37,987 nucleotides of DNA, taken from Myxococcota bacterium. Lineage in GTDB: Bacteria; Myxococcota_C; UBA6777. The DNA lies in contig JAKLKB010000077.1 of the NCBI GenBank assembly GCA_023150835.1, positions 1-37,987 on the forward strand, read 5' to 3'. How positions within the stretch are numbered: position 1 is the first letter of the stretch; every line of letters starts with the position of its first letter. The notes beneath the pieces are model-generated. The model did no database searches and was not told the origin of the DNA. It saw nothing but the letters and a program-made list of their open reading frames with translations. The position numbers were made by a program, and so were the translations under genes. Below are positions 26,740-36,164 of this stretch, piece by piece.

Positions 26740-29325
26740 TCAACCAAGCAACCACTTGACGATCAAGCCAAGCAACAACCCCAACGCAAGCGCCACGCCG
26801 ATCAAGATCAGATTGGGTGTCGTGAAAGCGCTTTGGCCGATAAAGGTGTGGTGGCTGAGTTCAAGATCCGTAAAGTACATCGTTCGTGCAGCGGATTCTT
26901 CTTCGGGCGTAGTCTCCGAGGTCATCTGCGCCGCATAGGCCTTGATCAAAGGATGGTTGTCCTCGCGCATCTTTTGGAGAAGAACCAAGACTTGGGGGCG
27001 TGGAAAGCGCGTCAGTGTATGAAGCGCTTGAAAGCGCATATCATCGCTATAAGCAAAGGTTTTTTTGCGCTTTTCTAACAAGATCCGCTTGATCAACCCG
27101 ATGCTTTTGTCGTCATGAAAAAGACCAAGCATCCACACCGCACTATGGCGCAATCCCGGTGCTTTTTCCGTTTGTTCGAGTTCTTGCGCCAGCCAAACCA
27201 GCCCGTCAATCGATTGCGTACGCTGGAGATACTGAAGAACCAGCTCCTCCAGATCGGGAAGGTGACACAGCGCACGCGCTTGAAGCATCTTGAGCAAAAA
27301 CGCCCGAACCTTCGGGGAGTCATGCGCAATAGCCTGATTGAGCAACCGCTGTCGCTCTGCCCTCTGCAGCGGCTCAGTCAGACGGTGTAGCAGGTAGTCT
27401 TCAAAGATCTGCGGTGCAAAACGACGACTCAATTCGAGGATAACATCCTGTTGCTCATCCAACACCAGTCCCGAACGCATCCGCTCAAACAAGGACTTGA
27501 AAGCACTGTCCCGCTTTTGTGACGGCGCGTTGCGCGCCACTTCGATCAAAAGTTCGACTTGCTGTTGAAAAGCGCTCGGATCGTCTTGGGCTTTTTCGGA
27601 AAGCTCGTCGAGACATTGCGGAAGGGCCTGCTGCGCGAGTTCGGCAAGGACTTCGCGGGCATCTTTGTTTCCGCGTTGCTTGCCATCCTCGATCAGTTGA
27701 TGGACATGCTGCGGCTCAGCCACGTGATCAAGCAGCTTTTGAAGTCCCGCTTTTACGCTAACCGAATCGTCCGCCTCTCCCTCATCGAATCGGTTGAGTA
27801 GCTTTTTGAGCCCCGAATAGACCCCTTGTTCGATCTGTTGATCGATAAATTCTTGCAAAACCCCCACCCCTCCTTCCACAAATTCTTTGGACGGAGCTTG
27901 GCGGATCTGAGCAAGCAAGGCTTCTTGCGAGGCCTCGATGCGTTCGGGTGGCAGCGAAGAAAGCAACGATTGGCGCAACGCGGCCTGAAAAGGTTCGGTG
28001 TGCGAAAGCTGCATCACGTATTGCGCGAGAACATCGGGAGGCGTGTGTGCAAGCTGGCTAGCGATCTGTTCTTGGTAAGCTTCTCGCATCTGTTCATCAG
28101 AAAGACGCTGCGAAGACAGATGAAATTGTTGTACAGCAGACTGGATCTGTTGCTGAACAAGCAGCGGATCAACACCCAAACTTCCCGGGGGCAAGTTCGC
28201 GTTGGGAAGGGAAACACCCGTATGTTGGTGTTGTTGTGCGAGGAAAGCTTGGAGATAACCTTGGGCTTTTCCTGATCGAATAAAGTCTTCAAAACCATCG
28301 CTCGCAGCAAGCGCTGCGGGTTGCCAGTGGCTTGGAAAGCGCACGTCAGATTGTTGCGAAAGAGCGCTCCAATCCACACGCTGGAGCGGTGCAAGATCAT
28401 CTGAAAGCGGTTTGCCTTGGATGGCGGGCAGGTCCACCGAACTCAACGGCTGCGCCTCAGAAGCGGCAAGCAAAGAAGACGAAGGCGAATACACCGAAGA
28501 AAGCGCATCGTTGGACAAAGCGGGAGACTGAAAGCTCGGTAGATCAGCCATGCTCCCACGCATCGGATTTGCGCCTTGGATCGTCGGCCATTGTTCGGAG
28601 GTCGGGTTCGCTTGAAACAGATCAAGAATAAAACGCCCCGAACGAACATATTGCGCAAAGGCCTCGCCTTCTTTTTTGACGTTTTCTTCTTTTTGTTTCC
28701 CTTGATCCGTTCGCTCTTTTTCGTCGAACAGCTCTTGTAATTCTGGGGGAATCTGATCGGGTTGTAAGCCCAACTCTTTTAACAAACTCTCGCGATCCAT
28801 ACTGGCCATGAGTTCGCGCAGAGACATCTTGTCACGCACTTTGTTCGCACTACCACGCCTCAGGATCTGTCGGTTGATCGGGATGCTTGGAAAGCGCAAC
28901 ATCAGCCCATCCACGTCCAGCGCCCCGTCCACATCAGGGTTATGGCGCAGAGTGATCTCAAAAAAATCACCCAGTTCGTTGCGGTGGACCTCGGGCGGGA
29001 TCACCACCGTGTTGATGCCGATGGTTTGGAAGTGCGCGGAAAACTCGCGGCCAAACTGACGCTCTGGTGTAGGTCGGTTGAGAAGTTCGCCGTTGAGTTC
29101 GGTCCCTTCGGCACTAAAAAGCAAGGCCAAGAACGGCATCTTTTGGCAGAGGCGTTGGACTTCTTCGTAAAGGCGGGTATTGATGCGGCGCAGCATCTGG
29201 TGGCCGGGGGGATACATCTTGTGCGCGTTGGCAACCGCACGAAGTTGACGCAAGACATCAAGGACTTCGTCTTGTTTGGGCAGCGGAGCGTCTTGAAGGT
29301 TGAAGATCTTGCGGTCATTGCGCAT
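26740..29325 (-). CDS. Large helical protein with HEAT-like repeats and a C-terminal TM anchor
   Basis: N-terminal MYPPGHQM motif; LRHSAVWMLG, MRFQALHTL and PLIKAYAAQ resemble HEAT/PBS repeats; C-terminal hydrophobic helix; overlaps the kinase stop by 11 nt. Confidence 0.75.
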   Translation of the reverse strand: MRNDRKIFNLQDAPLPKQDEVLDVLRQLRAVANAHKMYPPGHQMLRRINTRLYEEVQRLCQKMPFLALLFSAEGTELNGELLNRPTPERQFGREFSAHFQTIGINTVVIPPEVHRNELGDFFEITLRHNPDVDGALDVDGLMLRFPSIPINRQILRRGSANKVRDKMSLRELMASMDRESLLKELGLQPDQIPPELQELFDEKERTDQGKQKEENVKKEGEAFAQYVRSGRFILDLFQANPTSEQWPTIQGANPMRGSMADLPSFQSPALSNDALSSVYSPSSSLLAASEAQPLSSVDLPAIQGKPLSDDLAPLQRVDWSALSQQSDVRFPSHWQPAALAASDGFEDFIRSGKAQGYLQAFLAQQHQHTGVSLPNANLPPGSLGVDPLLVQQQIQSAVQQFHLSSQRLSDEQMREAYQEQIASQLAHTPPDVLAQYVMQLSHTEPFQAALRQSLLSSLPPERIEASQEALLAQIRQAPSKEFVEGGVGVLQEFIDQQIEQGVYSGLKKLLNRFDEGEADDSVSVKAGLQKLLDHVAEPQHVHQLIEDGKQRGNKDAREVLAELAQQALPQCLDELSEKAQDDPSAFQQQVELLIEVARNAPSQKRDSAFKSLFERMRSGLVLDEQQDVILELSRRFAPQIFEDYLLHRLTEPLQRAERQRLLNQAIAHDSPKVRAFLLKMLQARALCHLPDLEELVLQYLQRTQSIDGLVWLAQELEQTEKAPGLRHSAVWMLGLFHDDKSIGLIKRILLEKRKKTFAYSDDMRFQALHTLTRFPRPQVLVLLQKMREDNHPLIKAYAAQMTSETTPEEESAARTMYFTDLELSHHTFIGQSAFTTPNLILIGVALALGLLLGLIVKWLLG

Positions 29326-32176
29326 GGTGGGTCTCGCGTATCAAAGCAAGAGAAGAGAAAGCCAAAGAACGCTGAGAGCGAAGGGGGGAAAGAGGCCGAT
29401 ACATGGGGCGTACCGAAGACGCACAACCCAAACAAGCAGCGCGCTCTTGGGAGGCAAAAACAGAACGAACAGAGGAGCAATGCCGTTGGCCAAAAAAACC
29501 CCGTGTTCGCGGACGTTCAAGCAAGAGTGTCGTTCGTGTGAAAAACGCTGATCTGTTCGCCCAAGACGGGGTCAAGGGGGCCGCGCTCCCTTGCAGAGTC
29601 TGGTACCTCGCCCCACAAAACCATTCAACGGCGTCGCTCCTACGAATAGCGCTATCTTGGAAGACAGAAGCAGAAAGAACAACGCGATCTTGAGACGCAA
29701 AAACACGGTGGGCCGGAGCTTTGCTGTCGATATTTGCGGGAGGACTGACACTGCGTTGCAGAAGATAAAAGCCGATGGCTGCGAGCGCCGTCACGGCAAC
29801 AAGCAGCAGCCAAAACAGCGCACGCGAGCGAGGTCGCTGATTTTTGGAAAAATCGGGCTGTTTGCGTTGATAAGCGCCTCGCTGCGCAGGAGGTTTGGAA
29901 GCAAGGCCGGGGTGACGAATTTCGAGTTCCTCAAGCGACAAGATCTGGTCTTTTGTGTCTTGCGGTGTGGTCGATGTAGCCGGTGTGGTCGAGCGTTCGG
30001 TATTTTTTTTCACAACGGGAAGATCTGAGTGACTCCCCGAAGGTCGAGACCCCGCCACCGTCAAGATCTGCATCCGCCCGATCGTCTGGCTGCCGGGTGC
30101 GGTGCCGTTCGCTGTTGGCAACGCAGGTTGAGAGAGCGCTTCGTCTTCAAAGCTCGACCCTTCGGACTCTCCCATGAGCTCGCCCTCTTTGTGGGAATAG
30201 TCTTCGAGCAAAAGTTCCATCATTAATTCAGACAGATTCAATCGGGGTTCTTCGCATCTTCGCAGGTGCTTTGCGAGACGCCCGAGCATCTCTTCGATCG
30301 GAAGCGGATCGTTGGGCAGTTCGGGTTGCCCAAGCCCTTTGAGCAGCTTGTTGGCTTCTTGACGGAGTTCTTCAGGTTCAAGGATCGGCTTGAGAGAACG
30401 TGCGGTGAGTTCTTCCGCTTTGAAGGTTTCGCCGCTGTCCTTCTCGAAGTGTTGGACTCCAACAAGGATCTCTCGAAGTTCTCGGCTGACGTCAAGCACC
30501 GAATCAGGCCGTTTTTCCCGCGATTTGGAGAGGCAACGCTCCACCAACTTTTGCAGCCGAGGCGGAAAGATCATATCGGGCCGGATCTGCGTCAGGGGCG
30601 GAGGCTGCGTGTAGAGGTGATCCATCAGGATCTTGACCATGTTTTCGCCAAAAAACGGAGGAATCCCCACGAGACATTCGTACAAAATGATACCGACGCT
30701 GTAGACGTCGGAGCGATGGTCGATATCGGTCTGTCCTGCGGCTTGTTCGGGGGACATATAACTGGGAGTACCGAGAAACATCCCCGTGACGGTTAGCTGT
30801 TGGGCATCTTCGCTGTTGAGTTTGGCGATCCCAAAGTCGATCAAACAAAGGTCTTCGAGCGGTCCCTTGGGGCTTTCGCGCAAAAAGATGTTGCCCGGCT
30901 TGAGGTCGCGGTGAACGATCCCGCGCTGGTGCGTATAAGCAAGCGCATCACAAAGTTGATCAAAAAAGCATAGAATCTCAGGAGGATTGAGTTTTTTTCG
31001 CCCTGTTTCAACGCGAAACTCACGAAAGTCCTGACCGCGCAACAGCTCCATTGCAAGAAAACAACCCAGTTCGTCTTCTTGGCCCGAAGAGACCGTCCGA
31101 ACGATGTGCGGATGTTCGAGAGAAAGCTGTACCCGCGACTCTCGCTTAAAACGATCCAACACACTTTGATCGGTGCTGAGTTGCATCGGCAAGATCTTGA
31201 CCGCCACTTCTTCGTTGGTTCTTTGATCGGTGGCTTGGTACACCGCCCCCATCCCACCTTGCCCCAATTTCTTGTGCAGCGCAAAACGACTCCCGATGAT
31301 CTTGCCGATCAATGGGTCTTTTTTGGTCTCTTTGGTCGGAAGAGAAGTGCGGATCTGTGCGTTGCTTTTCGGCGCTTCGGCAAGCGAAGAGGCGATCCCT
31401 GTGGATTCAAAAACATACGCATCGTCTTGGTTGTCAAAGTCCTCGGCGCTTTTGGCAGGAGGTTGATGGATACGAAGGCTCGGCTGATCGGCTGTTTTTT
31501 TGGGAGAGGCAGTCAAACCCTTTGAGACGGCGTTGGGTTGTGGTGTTGCATCGTTGGATATCCCCGAAGGAAGGGACATTAAGCCTTTGGGGATCAGGCT
31601 TGGCTGTGGGGTCACGTCTTTGTGGGCTGTGGTGGGCGGCGAGGTCAGACCTTTTGGCAGAGGGGCGGGCTGCGCGGTGTTGTCCTTGGAAACCCCGATC
31701 GGAAGGGACGTTAAGCCTTTGGGGATCGCGGTGGGATGGGGAGTCGCATCTTTGTTGACCCCTGCGGGTGGAGAAGAAAGCCCCTTTGGGAGTGTTGTGG
31801 GTTGTGCTGTGTTGTCTTTCAACAGATGCGCAGGAAGGGAAGTCAGGCCCTTTGCAACGGGGCTTTGGGGGGGAGCAGCGTCTTTCGCCACCCCCGCAGG
31901 CGGCGTTGTTTCTTCCACAAAGTCGTCGATGCCCAACGGGGCGGTTTTTTCCACAAATTGTATCGACTCAGGTTTTGTCGTTTCTTCTTGAAGCTGGGGG
32001 GGAAGGTGTGTCTTGGATGCCTGTTTCGCCTCGGGAGTGTGGGGAGAAGCATGCGAAACAGACGGTGCGCCGTCCGACGCAAGAGAAGACGCGTAGGGGG
32101 AAGGTTCGAAGTCGTCTTGGACGCCATCTCTCTCCGCTTCGGGAGGAGGTTGCATCATCTTCGGTGGATTCGGCAT
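29315..32176 (-). CDS. Hanks-type Ser/Thr protein kinase, membrane-anchored
   Basis: LGQGGMGAVY, VAVKIL, HRDLKPGN, IDFGIAK, GTPSYMSPEQ, SDVYSVG; TM segment LFWLLLVAVTALAAIGFYLL. Confidence 0.93.
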   Translation of the reverse strand: MPNPPKMMQPPPEAERDGVQDDFEPSPYASSLASDGAPSVSHASPHTPEAKQASKTHLPPQLQEETTKPESIQFVEKTAPLGIDDFVEETTPPAGVAKDAAPPQSPVAKGLTSLPAHLLKDNTAQPTTLPKGLSSPPAGVNKDATPHPTAIPKGLTSLPIGVSKDNTAQPAPLPKGLTSPPTTAHKDVTPQPSLIPKGLMSLPSGISNDATPQPNAVSKGLTASPKKTADQPSLRIHQPPAKSAEDFDNQDDAYVFESTGIASSLAEAPKSNAQIRTSLPTKETKKDPLIGKIIGSRFALHKKLGQGGMGAVYQATDQRTNEEVAVKILPMQLSTDQSVLDRFKRESRVQLSLEHPHIVRTVSSGQEDELGCFLAMELLRGQDFREFRVETGRKKLNPPEILCFFDQLCDALAYTHQRGIVHRDLKPGNIFLRESPKGPLEDLCLIDFGIAKLNSEDAQQLTVTGMFLGTPSYMSPEQAAGQTDIDHRSDVYSVGIILYECLVGIPPFFGENMVKILMDHLYTQPPPLTQIRPDMIFPPRLQKLVERCLSKSREKRPDSVLDVSRELREILVGVQHFEKDSGETFKAEELTARSLKPILEPEELRQEANKLLKGLGQPELPNDPLPIEEMLGRLAKHLRRCEEPRLNLSELMMELLLEDYSHKEGELMGESEGSSFEDEALSQPALPTANGTAPGSQTIGRMQILTVAGSRPSGSHSDLPVVKKNTERSTTPATSTTPQDTKDQILSLEELEIRHPGLASKPPAQRGAYQRKQPDFSKNQRPRSRALFWLLLVAVTALAAIGFYLLQRSVSPPANIDSKAPAHRVFASQDRVVLSASVFQDSAIRRSDAVEWFCGARYQTLQGSAAPLTPSWANRSAFFTRTTLLLERPRTRGFFGQRHCSSVRSVFASQERAACLGCASSVRPMYRPLSPLRSQRSLAFSSLALIRETHHAQ
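29478..29625 (+). repeat. Repeat family R1, copy D (inside the kinase C-terminal coding region)
   Basis: TGCCGTTGGCCAAAAAAACCCCGTGTTCGCG...TTCAAGC...TGATCTGTTCGCCCAAGACGGGGTCAAGGGGGCCGCGCTCCCTTGCAGAGTCTGGTACCTCGCCCCACAAAAC. Confidence 0.88.
31505..31905 (-). repeat. Six 66-bp (22-aa) coding tandem repeats in the kinase N-terminus
   Basis: KGL(T/S/M)S(L/P)PxxxxKDxTxQPxxx(P/S), with KGL recurring six times at 22-aa spacing. Confidence 0.9.
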
Positions 32177-32674
32177 TAACTGCTCCGTGACAGGAGACTT
32201 GGTTCCGTCCTTGTGTCAGGGCCTCACAAAACGCTGGCTCTGCGTGAGTCTCGTCGCGGTGGTATTCGATGATCTTCAAAGCTTTTCGCAGGCATTCCAT
32301 CGAGAAACCTCCGCGATCTCTGTTTCCCCGCAAAAAAACAGGGAAAAGTCGCTTTGCATGACGAGAATCCCCGCGAAGGTATCACCGACCCTTACAACCG
32401 TCAAGAAAGCAAAACAAACAAACAATCGACTTTTTTATCCATTATTCGGGGAAGATCGAAATTCGGTGCAGATCTACCATCCGCAAACAACCTACTCTCT
32501 AGGGTCTTGGTGTGCTGTTTCTTGTGAAAGAAGAGATATGGATCTTTTGCAGATCGCGCTTGACGATGTATGATCTTGGCGGACTGTGTTCGAGATCGTA
32601 CGACGGCCCAAGCGGCCCGATCAAGCCGATGGGCCGCTCTACTGAAACGCCAACAAGCAAGGAGCGACTGAGGA

Positions 32675-33844
32675 ATGAGCATTCGAGAAGCGATACGCGG
32701 TGTGGGAGATCGCCCCAGTTCAGCACGCGCCCGTGCCCGCCTTGCGATGGAATTGCAAGCCGAGGGTGTCCCACAATCGGCACAAGTCTGGGAAGCTGCC
32801 GCCAAGATCGCTTCCGCAAAGGGCGATTTTTTTCATGCGCTGGCGTTGTGCCGCTTGCATATACCGAAACAACAGCAAGGCCGTTTTTTAGAAGATCTGG
32901 TCCGACTGTATCGCAGCCCGATGGCCGGCGGAACACGGGCCCCTTCGGGTTATTCGCTGCGCCCGATCAAGTTTCAAATCCCCCTCCAAGAACAAGCCAT
33001 GCTCGCCCAAGCCGTCCAGATCGGCACCAGCCTCCAAGGGATCTATCCTGCCCCTTCTTTGCAGATCCCGACATTCCCCGTCTTCTGGGAGCTTTCGGAT
33101 GGCTTGTTGCTTTCGCTGCTACAAAACATCGTCCCTGTTCCGCTGCGAACAGGAGACGCCGTGATCATGCAAGGGCAGCGCGACCAAAGCTGCTACTTGT
33201 TGACGCATGGGCGTTTTCGCGTTGTACAAAAGCGCGACGATACCCAACAAGACGTCGTGCTGGCACAGATCCAAGCCCCCGACCTCGTCGGGGAGATCTC
33301 CTTGTTGACGCAAGTCTCACGACGCGCTTCTGTGATCGCTGAACAAGCCAGCCTTGCGTGGCGCCTCGATAGCCAGTTGCTCGAACATCTCGGACGCCAA
33401 GATGCGCGGATGCTACCCGAGTTTCGCAAGCTGCTCAAACATCGCCTTGTCAACAACCTCTTGCGCTCGAACCCTCTGTTCGCGGAACTCGACGAGGCCC
33501 ACCGCCACAACTTTTTGCGCTCCTTCGATCTGGTCCCTGTCGAACCCAATGCCGTCTTGATCCAGCAAGGACGGCCTTCTTCGGGGCTGTTCATCTTGCT
33601 TCACGGGAAAGCCGTCGTCGCGCAACAAGGCATGGATGGGCGCAACAAAGTGATCGCAGAACGCGGCGAAGGCCACGTCTTTGGCGCAGAATCCTTTTTG
33701 TACTCGCGCCCCTCTGGCACCTCTGTGGTGTTGCCCGAAGGTGGACTGGTTTTGCGCTTAAATCCGCAAACTTTCCAACAACTCCAACGCCAGATCCCGG
33801 GCCTTGAGCGCGTCTTACAAGCCCTCGCACAACAAAAGATCTGA
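32675..33844 (+). CDS. Tandem cyclic-nucleotide-binding domain protein
   Basis: Domain 1 GDAVIMQG...VGEISLLTQVSRRASV; domain 2 LIQQG...FGAESFL (degenerate); GAGGA RBS. Confidence 0.85.
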   Translation: MSIREAIRGVGDRPSSARARARLAMELQAEGVPQSAQVWEAAAKIASAKGDFFHALALCRLHIPKQQQGRFLEDLVRLYRSPMAGGTRAPSGYSLRPIKFQIPLQEQAMLAQAVQIGTSLQGIYPAPSLQIPTFPVFWELSDGLLLSLLQNIVPVPLRTGDAVIMQGQRDQSCYLLTHGRFRVVQKRDDTQQDVVLAQIQAPDLVGEISLLTQVSRRASVIAEQASLAWRLDSQLLEHLGRQDARMLPEFRKLLKHRLVNNLLRSNPLFAELDEAHRHNFLRSFDLVPVEPNAVLIQQGRPSSGLFILLHGKAVVAQQGMDGRNKVIAERGEGHVFGAESFLYSRPSGTSVVLPEGGLVLRLNPQTFQQLQRQIPGLERVLQALAQQKI

Positions 33845-33847
33845 TCC

Positions 33848-35101
33848 TCACGGCTCAAACGTGTTGAAGATCCCCGCCAGTTCGCGTGCTTCGATGATGT
33901 TGTCTTCGATGGAGCAATACGTCCACCCACCATAACGCCCCACCGAATACACGCCTCGCGCCGCAAGCTTCTTGCGTAGATCGTCCACAACACGCACGCT
34001 TTCAGTCGTGATATGCACGTACGCAGGGTCCAACACCACATGATGGTGGCTGACCAATTGATGCCCTGTGACGATCTTGGTGCGCTGTAGATCCAGCAAC
34101 ACCCGCTGCCGTTCGGCCTCGATATCCAACGTCTCCTCCAAAGCAGCCCCGATCTCGATGTAAAGGCTCATCCGATCGGTGTCAAAGATGTTGTCATAAA
34201 ATCCCACCCGATAAAAGCGAACGTCTCGCTCTGGAAAATACACCCAATGGATATCCGACCAGCCCTTGCGATCAAAACCGAGGTTGAACACCAACACCTT
34301 GTTCGATCGAAACGCTCCCAAAGGTGCTTCGATACCGCTCATCGCAACAAGCCGATCGAAGGGAGCGCTGGAGATCAGGTAATCAAAACCAATCGCTCCC
34401 TTGGAAGTTTGAGCCACTTTGTTGTGCAGATCCAGCGAAAGCAACGAAGTGTTGGTGCGGATCGCTTCGGGGCGAAGATCTCGCATCAAAGCGTGGATGT
34501 ATTGGATCGCCCCGCCCTTCGGGTAAGTAAAGGTCGCGTTGTACGAATGATTGTCGGGTTCACGAAAGTTGCGGATAATCCCGTCGAGATCGGCGTAAGG
34601 AAAGAACCGCCCCATCGCGTTGACATCCAACTCACCGAGATCACAAGCGTAAAGCTTTTCGTTGTAAGGAACCAAAAACTTTTCTGCGATCCCCTTGCCA
34701 AAACGGTTGTAGACCATCTCCTTAAAGTTGGTTGGTGGCTTGGTGTCCCGAAAATACAAGTGATACAAACAGTCGATAAATTCTTCTTGGGGTAGTTGAT
34801 GGATATTCTTTTGGAAGGGAAACTCGATCAGGTGATCGCGGTACAGGATCTTGGAACGTTTCACGATGGTGCGCACTTCGTCGGCCATCCGCTCCACCAA
34901 AAAACGCTCGATCTCTGGGCGTTTGAAGTGAAAGAAATGTCCCGAATAATCCCACACAAAACCATCTTGATGTACTGTCTTGCAGTAGCCACCGACTTCA
35001 TGATCGCGTTCCAAGATCACGTAATCATCGCTGTGGATGGCGTTTGCAAAGGCAAAACCACTTACACCCGCGCCGATGATCAAATACTTTACATGTTCCA
35101 C
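33848..35101 (-). CDS. FAD-dependent oxidoreductase (UDP-galactopyranose mutase / HemY-like family)
   Basis: [56 protein letters not shown]. Confidence 0.85.
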   Translation of the reverse strand: MEHVKYLIIGAGVSGFAFANAIHSDDYVILERDHEVGGYCKTVHQDGFVWDYSGHFFHFKRPEIERFLVERMADEVRTIVKRSKILYRDHLIEFPFQKNIHQLPQEEFIDCLYHLYFRDTKPPTNFKEMVYNRFGKGIAEKFLVPYNEKLYACDLGELDVNAMGRFFPYADLDGIIRNFREPDNHSYNATFTYPKGGAIQYIHALMRDLRPEAIRTNTSLLSLDLHNKVAQTSKGAIGFDYLISSAPFDRLVAMSGIEAPLGAFRSNKVLVFNLGFDRKGWSDIHWVYFPERDVRFYRVGFYDNIFDTDRMSLYIEIGAALEETLDIEAERQRVLLDLQRTKIVTGHQLVSHHHVVLDPAYVHITTESVRVVDDLRKKLAARGVYSVGRYGGWTYCSIEDNIIEARELAGIFNTFEP

Positions 35102-35229
35102 GTTGTGCGCTCCTTTGTTCGCTGGGACGCTGGCTTGGCATCCGATCGGCCCAATCTACGCCAAACGCGAGATTCGTGCAAAACAAACCTTCCGTCAAAA
35201 ACGCTGCGATCAGAAAAGAGCAGGTAGCA

Positions 35230-36123
35230 TTGAAAACAAAAAGACCACTGGTTGGGCTTGTTGAGACGGGCGACGGCTCGTGGAGCCTTTACCACGAAGA
35301 GTTGGGCGTTCATTATCGCTCGCAGCATGGGGCATTTACGGAGTCTCGCCATGTTTTTTTGGAGGGCTGCCGACTGGCATCGCGTGGGGGCGTCTGGCGC
35401 GTGTTAGAGTTGGGCTTTGGCGGCGGGATCAATTTTTTACACACCGCTGCGATGGCCCGCGCTTGCGGTGCCTCTCTCGAATACCGCACGATCGATTGGG
35501 CACCTGTCGCCCCCGCCATCCTCCAAGCCCTCCACCAACACGCCCCCCCTGAGATGCGGCCCTTTTCGGCTCTGGCTCAAGAAGTCACCGCACAAGCCGA
35601 TCCATCCGAGCTGCCCGCTCACACAAGATCACCACAAACCTACGCATCCGACACCACGACACAAGCCGATCCATTACAAACCCATCACTCCGACTTATCC
35701 ACCGATCATGCCGCCACACAAGCCGATCCATCCGACCTTATCGCGTATGCTGAATCCCCTCAAGGTGATATCCGCTTGTGGTTGTACCCCACACCGTGGC
35801 AAAACGCCGCGATCCCCCTCCCATCGGGCGCACACGCCATCTATCACGATCCCTTCGGTCCTCGCGTCAATCCCGAAGCATGGGGGGCGGATTGTTTTGC
35901 GTGGATGCGCCAACACATCGCAGACGACGGCATCTTGGCGACCTATAGCGCGGCGTCTCATGTACGCGCTGCGTTGGTCGCAGCAGGTTTTGCCCTCGCA
36001 ACGACCGCTGGCCCTGTAGGAAAACGTGAGATCACCTTGGCTGCGGTTGATCATTCTGTGTTGTCGATGTATACGCTTCTTTCCACAGAACGCTATCGCC
36101 AAAAAGCGCTCGCGTTGTTTTGA
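35230..36123 (+). CDS. mnmD: tRNA mnm5s2U34 methyltransferase (MnmC N-terminal / MnmD-like)
   Basis: TGDGSWSLY, HYRSQHGAFTESRHVFL, VLELGFGGGIN, YHDPFGPRVNPEAW, LATYSA, GKRE. Start uncertain (35176 or 35230). Confidence 0.85.
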   Translation: MKTKRPLVGLVETGDGSWSLYHEELGVHYRSQHGAFTESRHVFLEGCRLASRGGVWRVLELGFGGGINFLHTAAMARACGASLEYRTIDWAPVAPAILQALHQHAPPEMRPFSALAQEVTAQADPSELPAHTRSPQTYASDTTTQADPLQTHHSDLSTDHAATQADPSDLIAYAESPQGDIRLWLYPTPWQNAAIPLPSGAHAIYHDPFGPRVNPEAWGADCFAWMRQHIADDGILATYSAASHVRAALVAAGFALATTAGPVGKREITLAAVDHSVLSMYTLLSTERYRQKALALF

Positions 36124-36164
36124 CCCCACCCACCGCACACACCACACATCACAAGGAGTATCCG

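Noticed and set aside
32187-32674. ORFs or ncRNA in the ~500-bp gap between the kinase and the cNMP gene
   Set aside because: The ORFs lack an RBS or motifs and I could not support any structure; most likely divergent promoter DNA.
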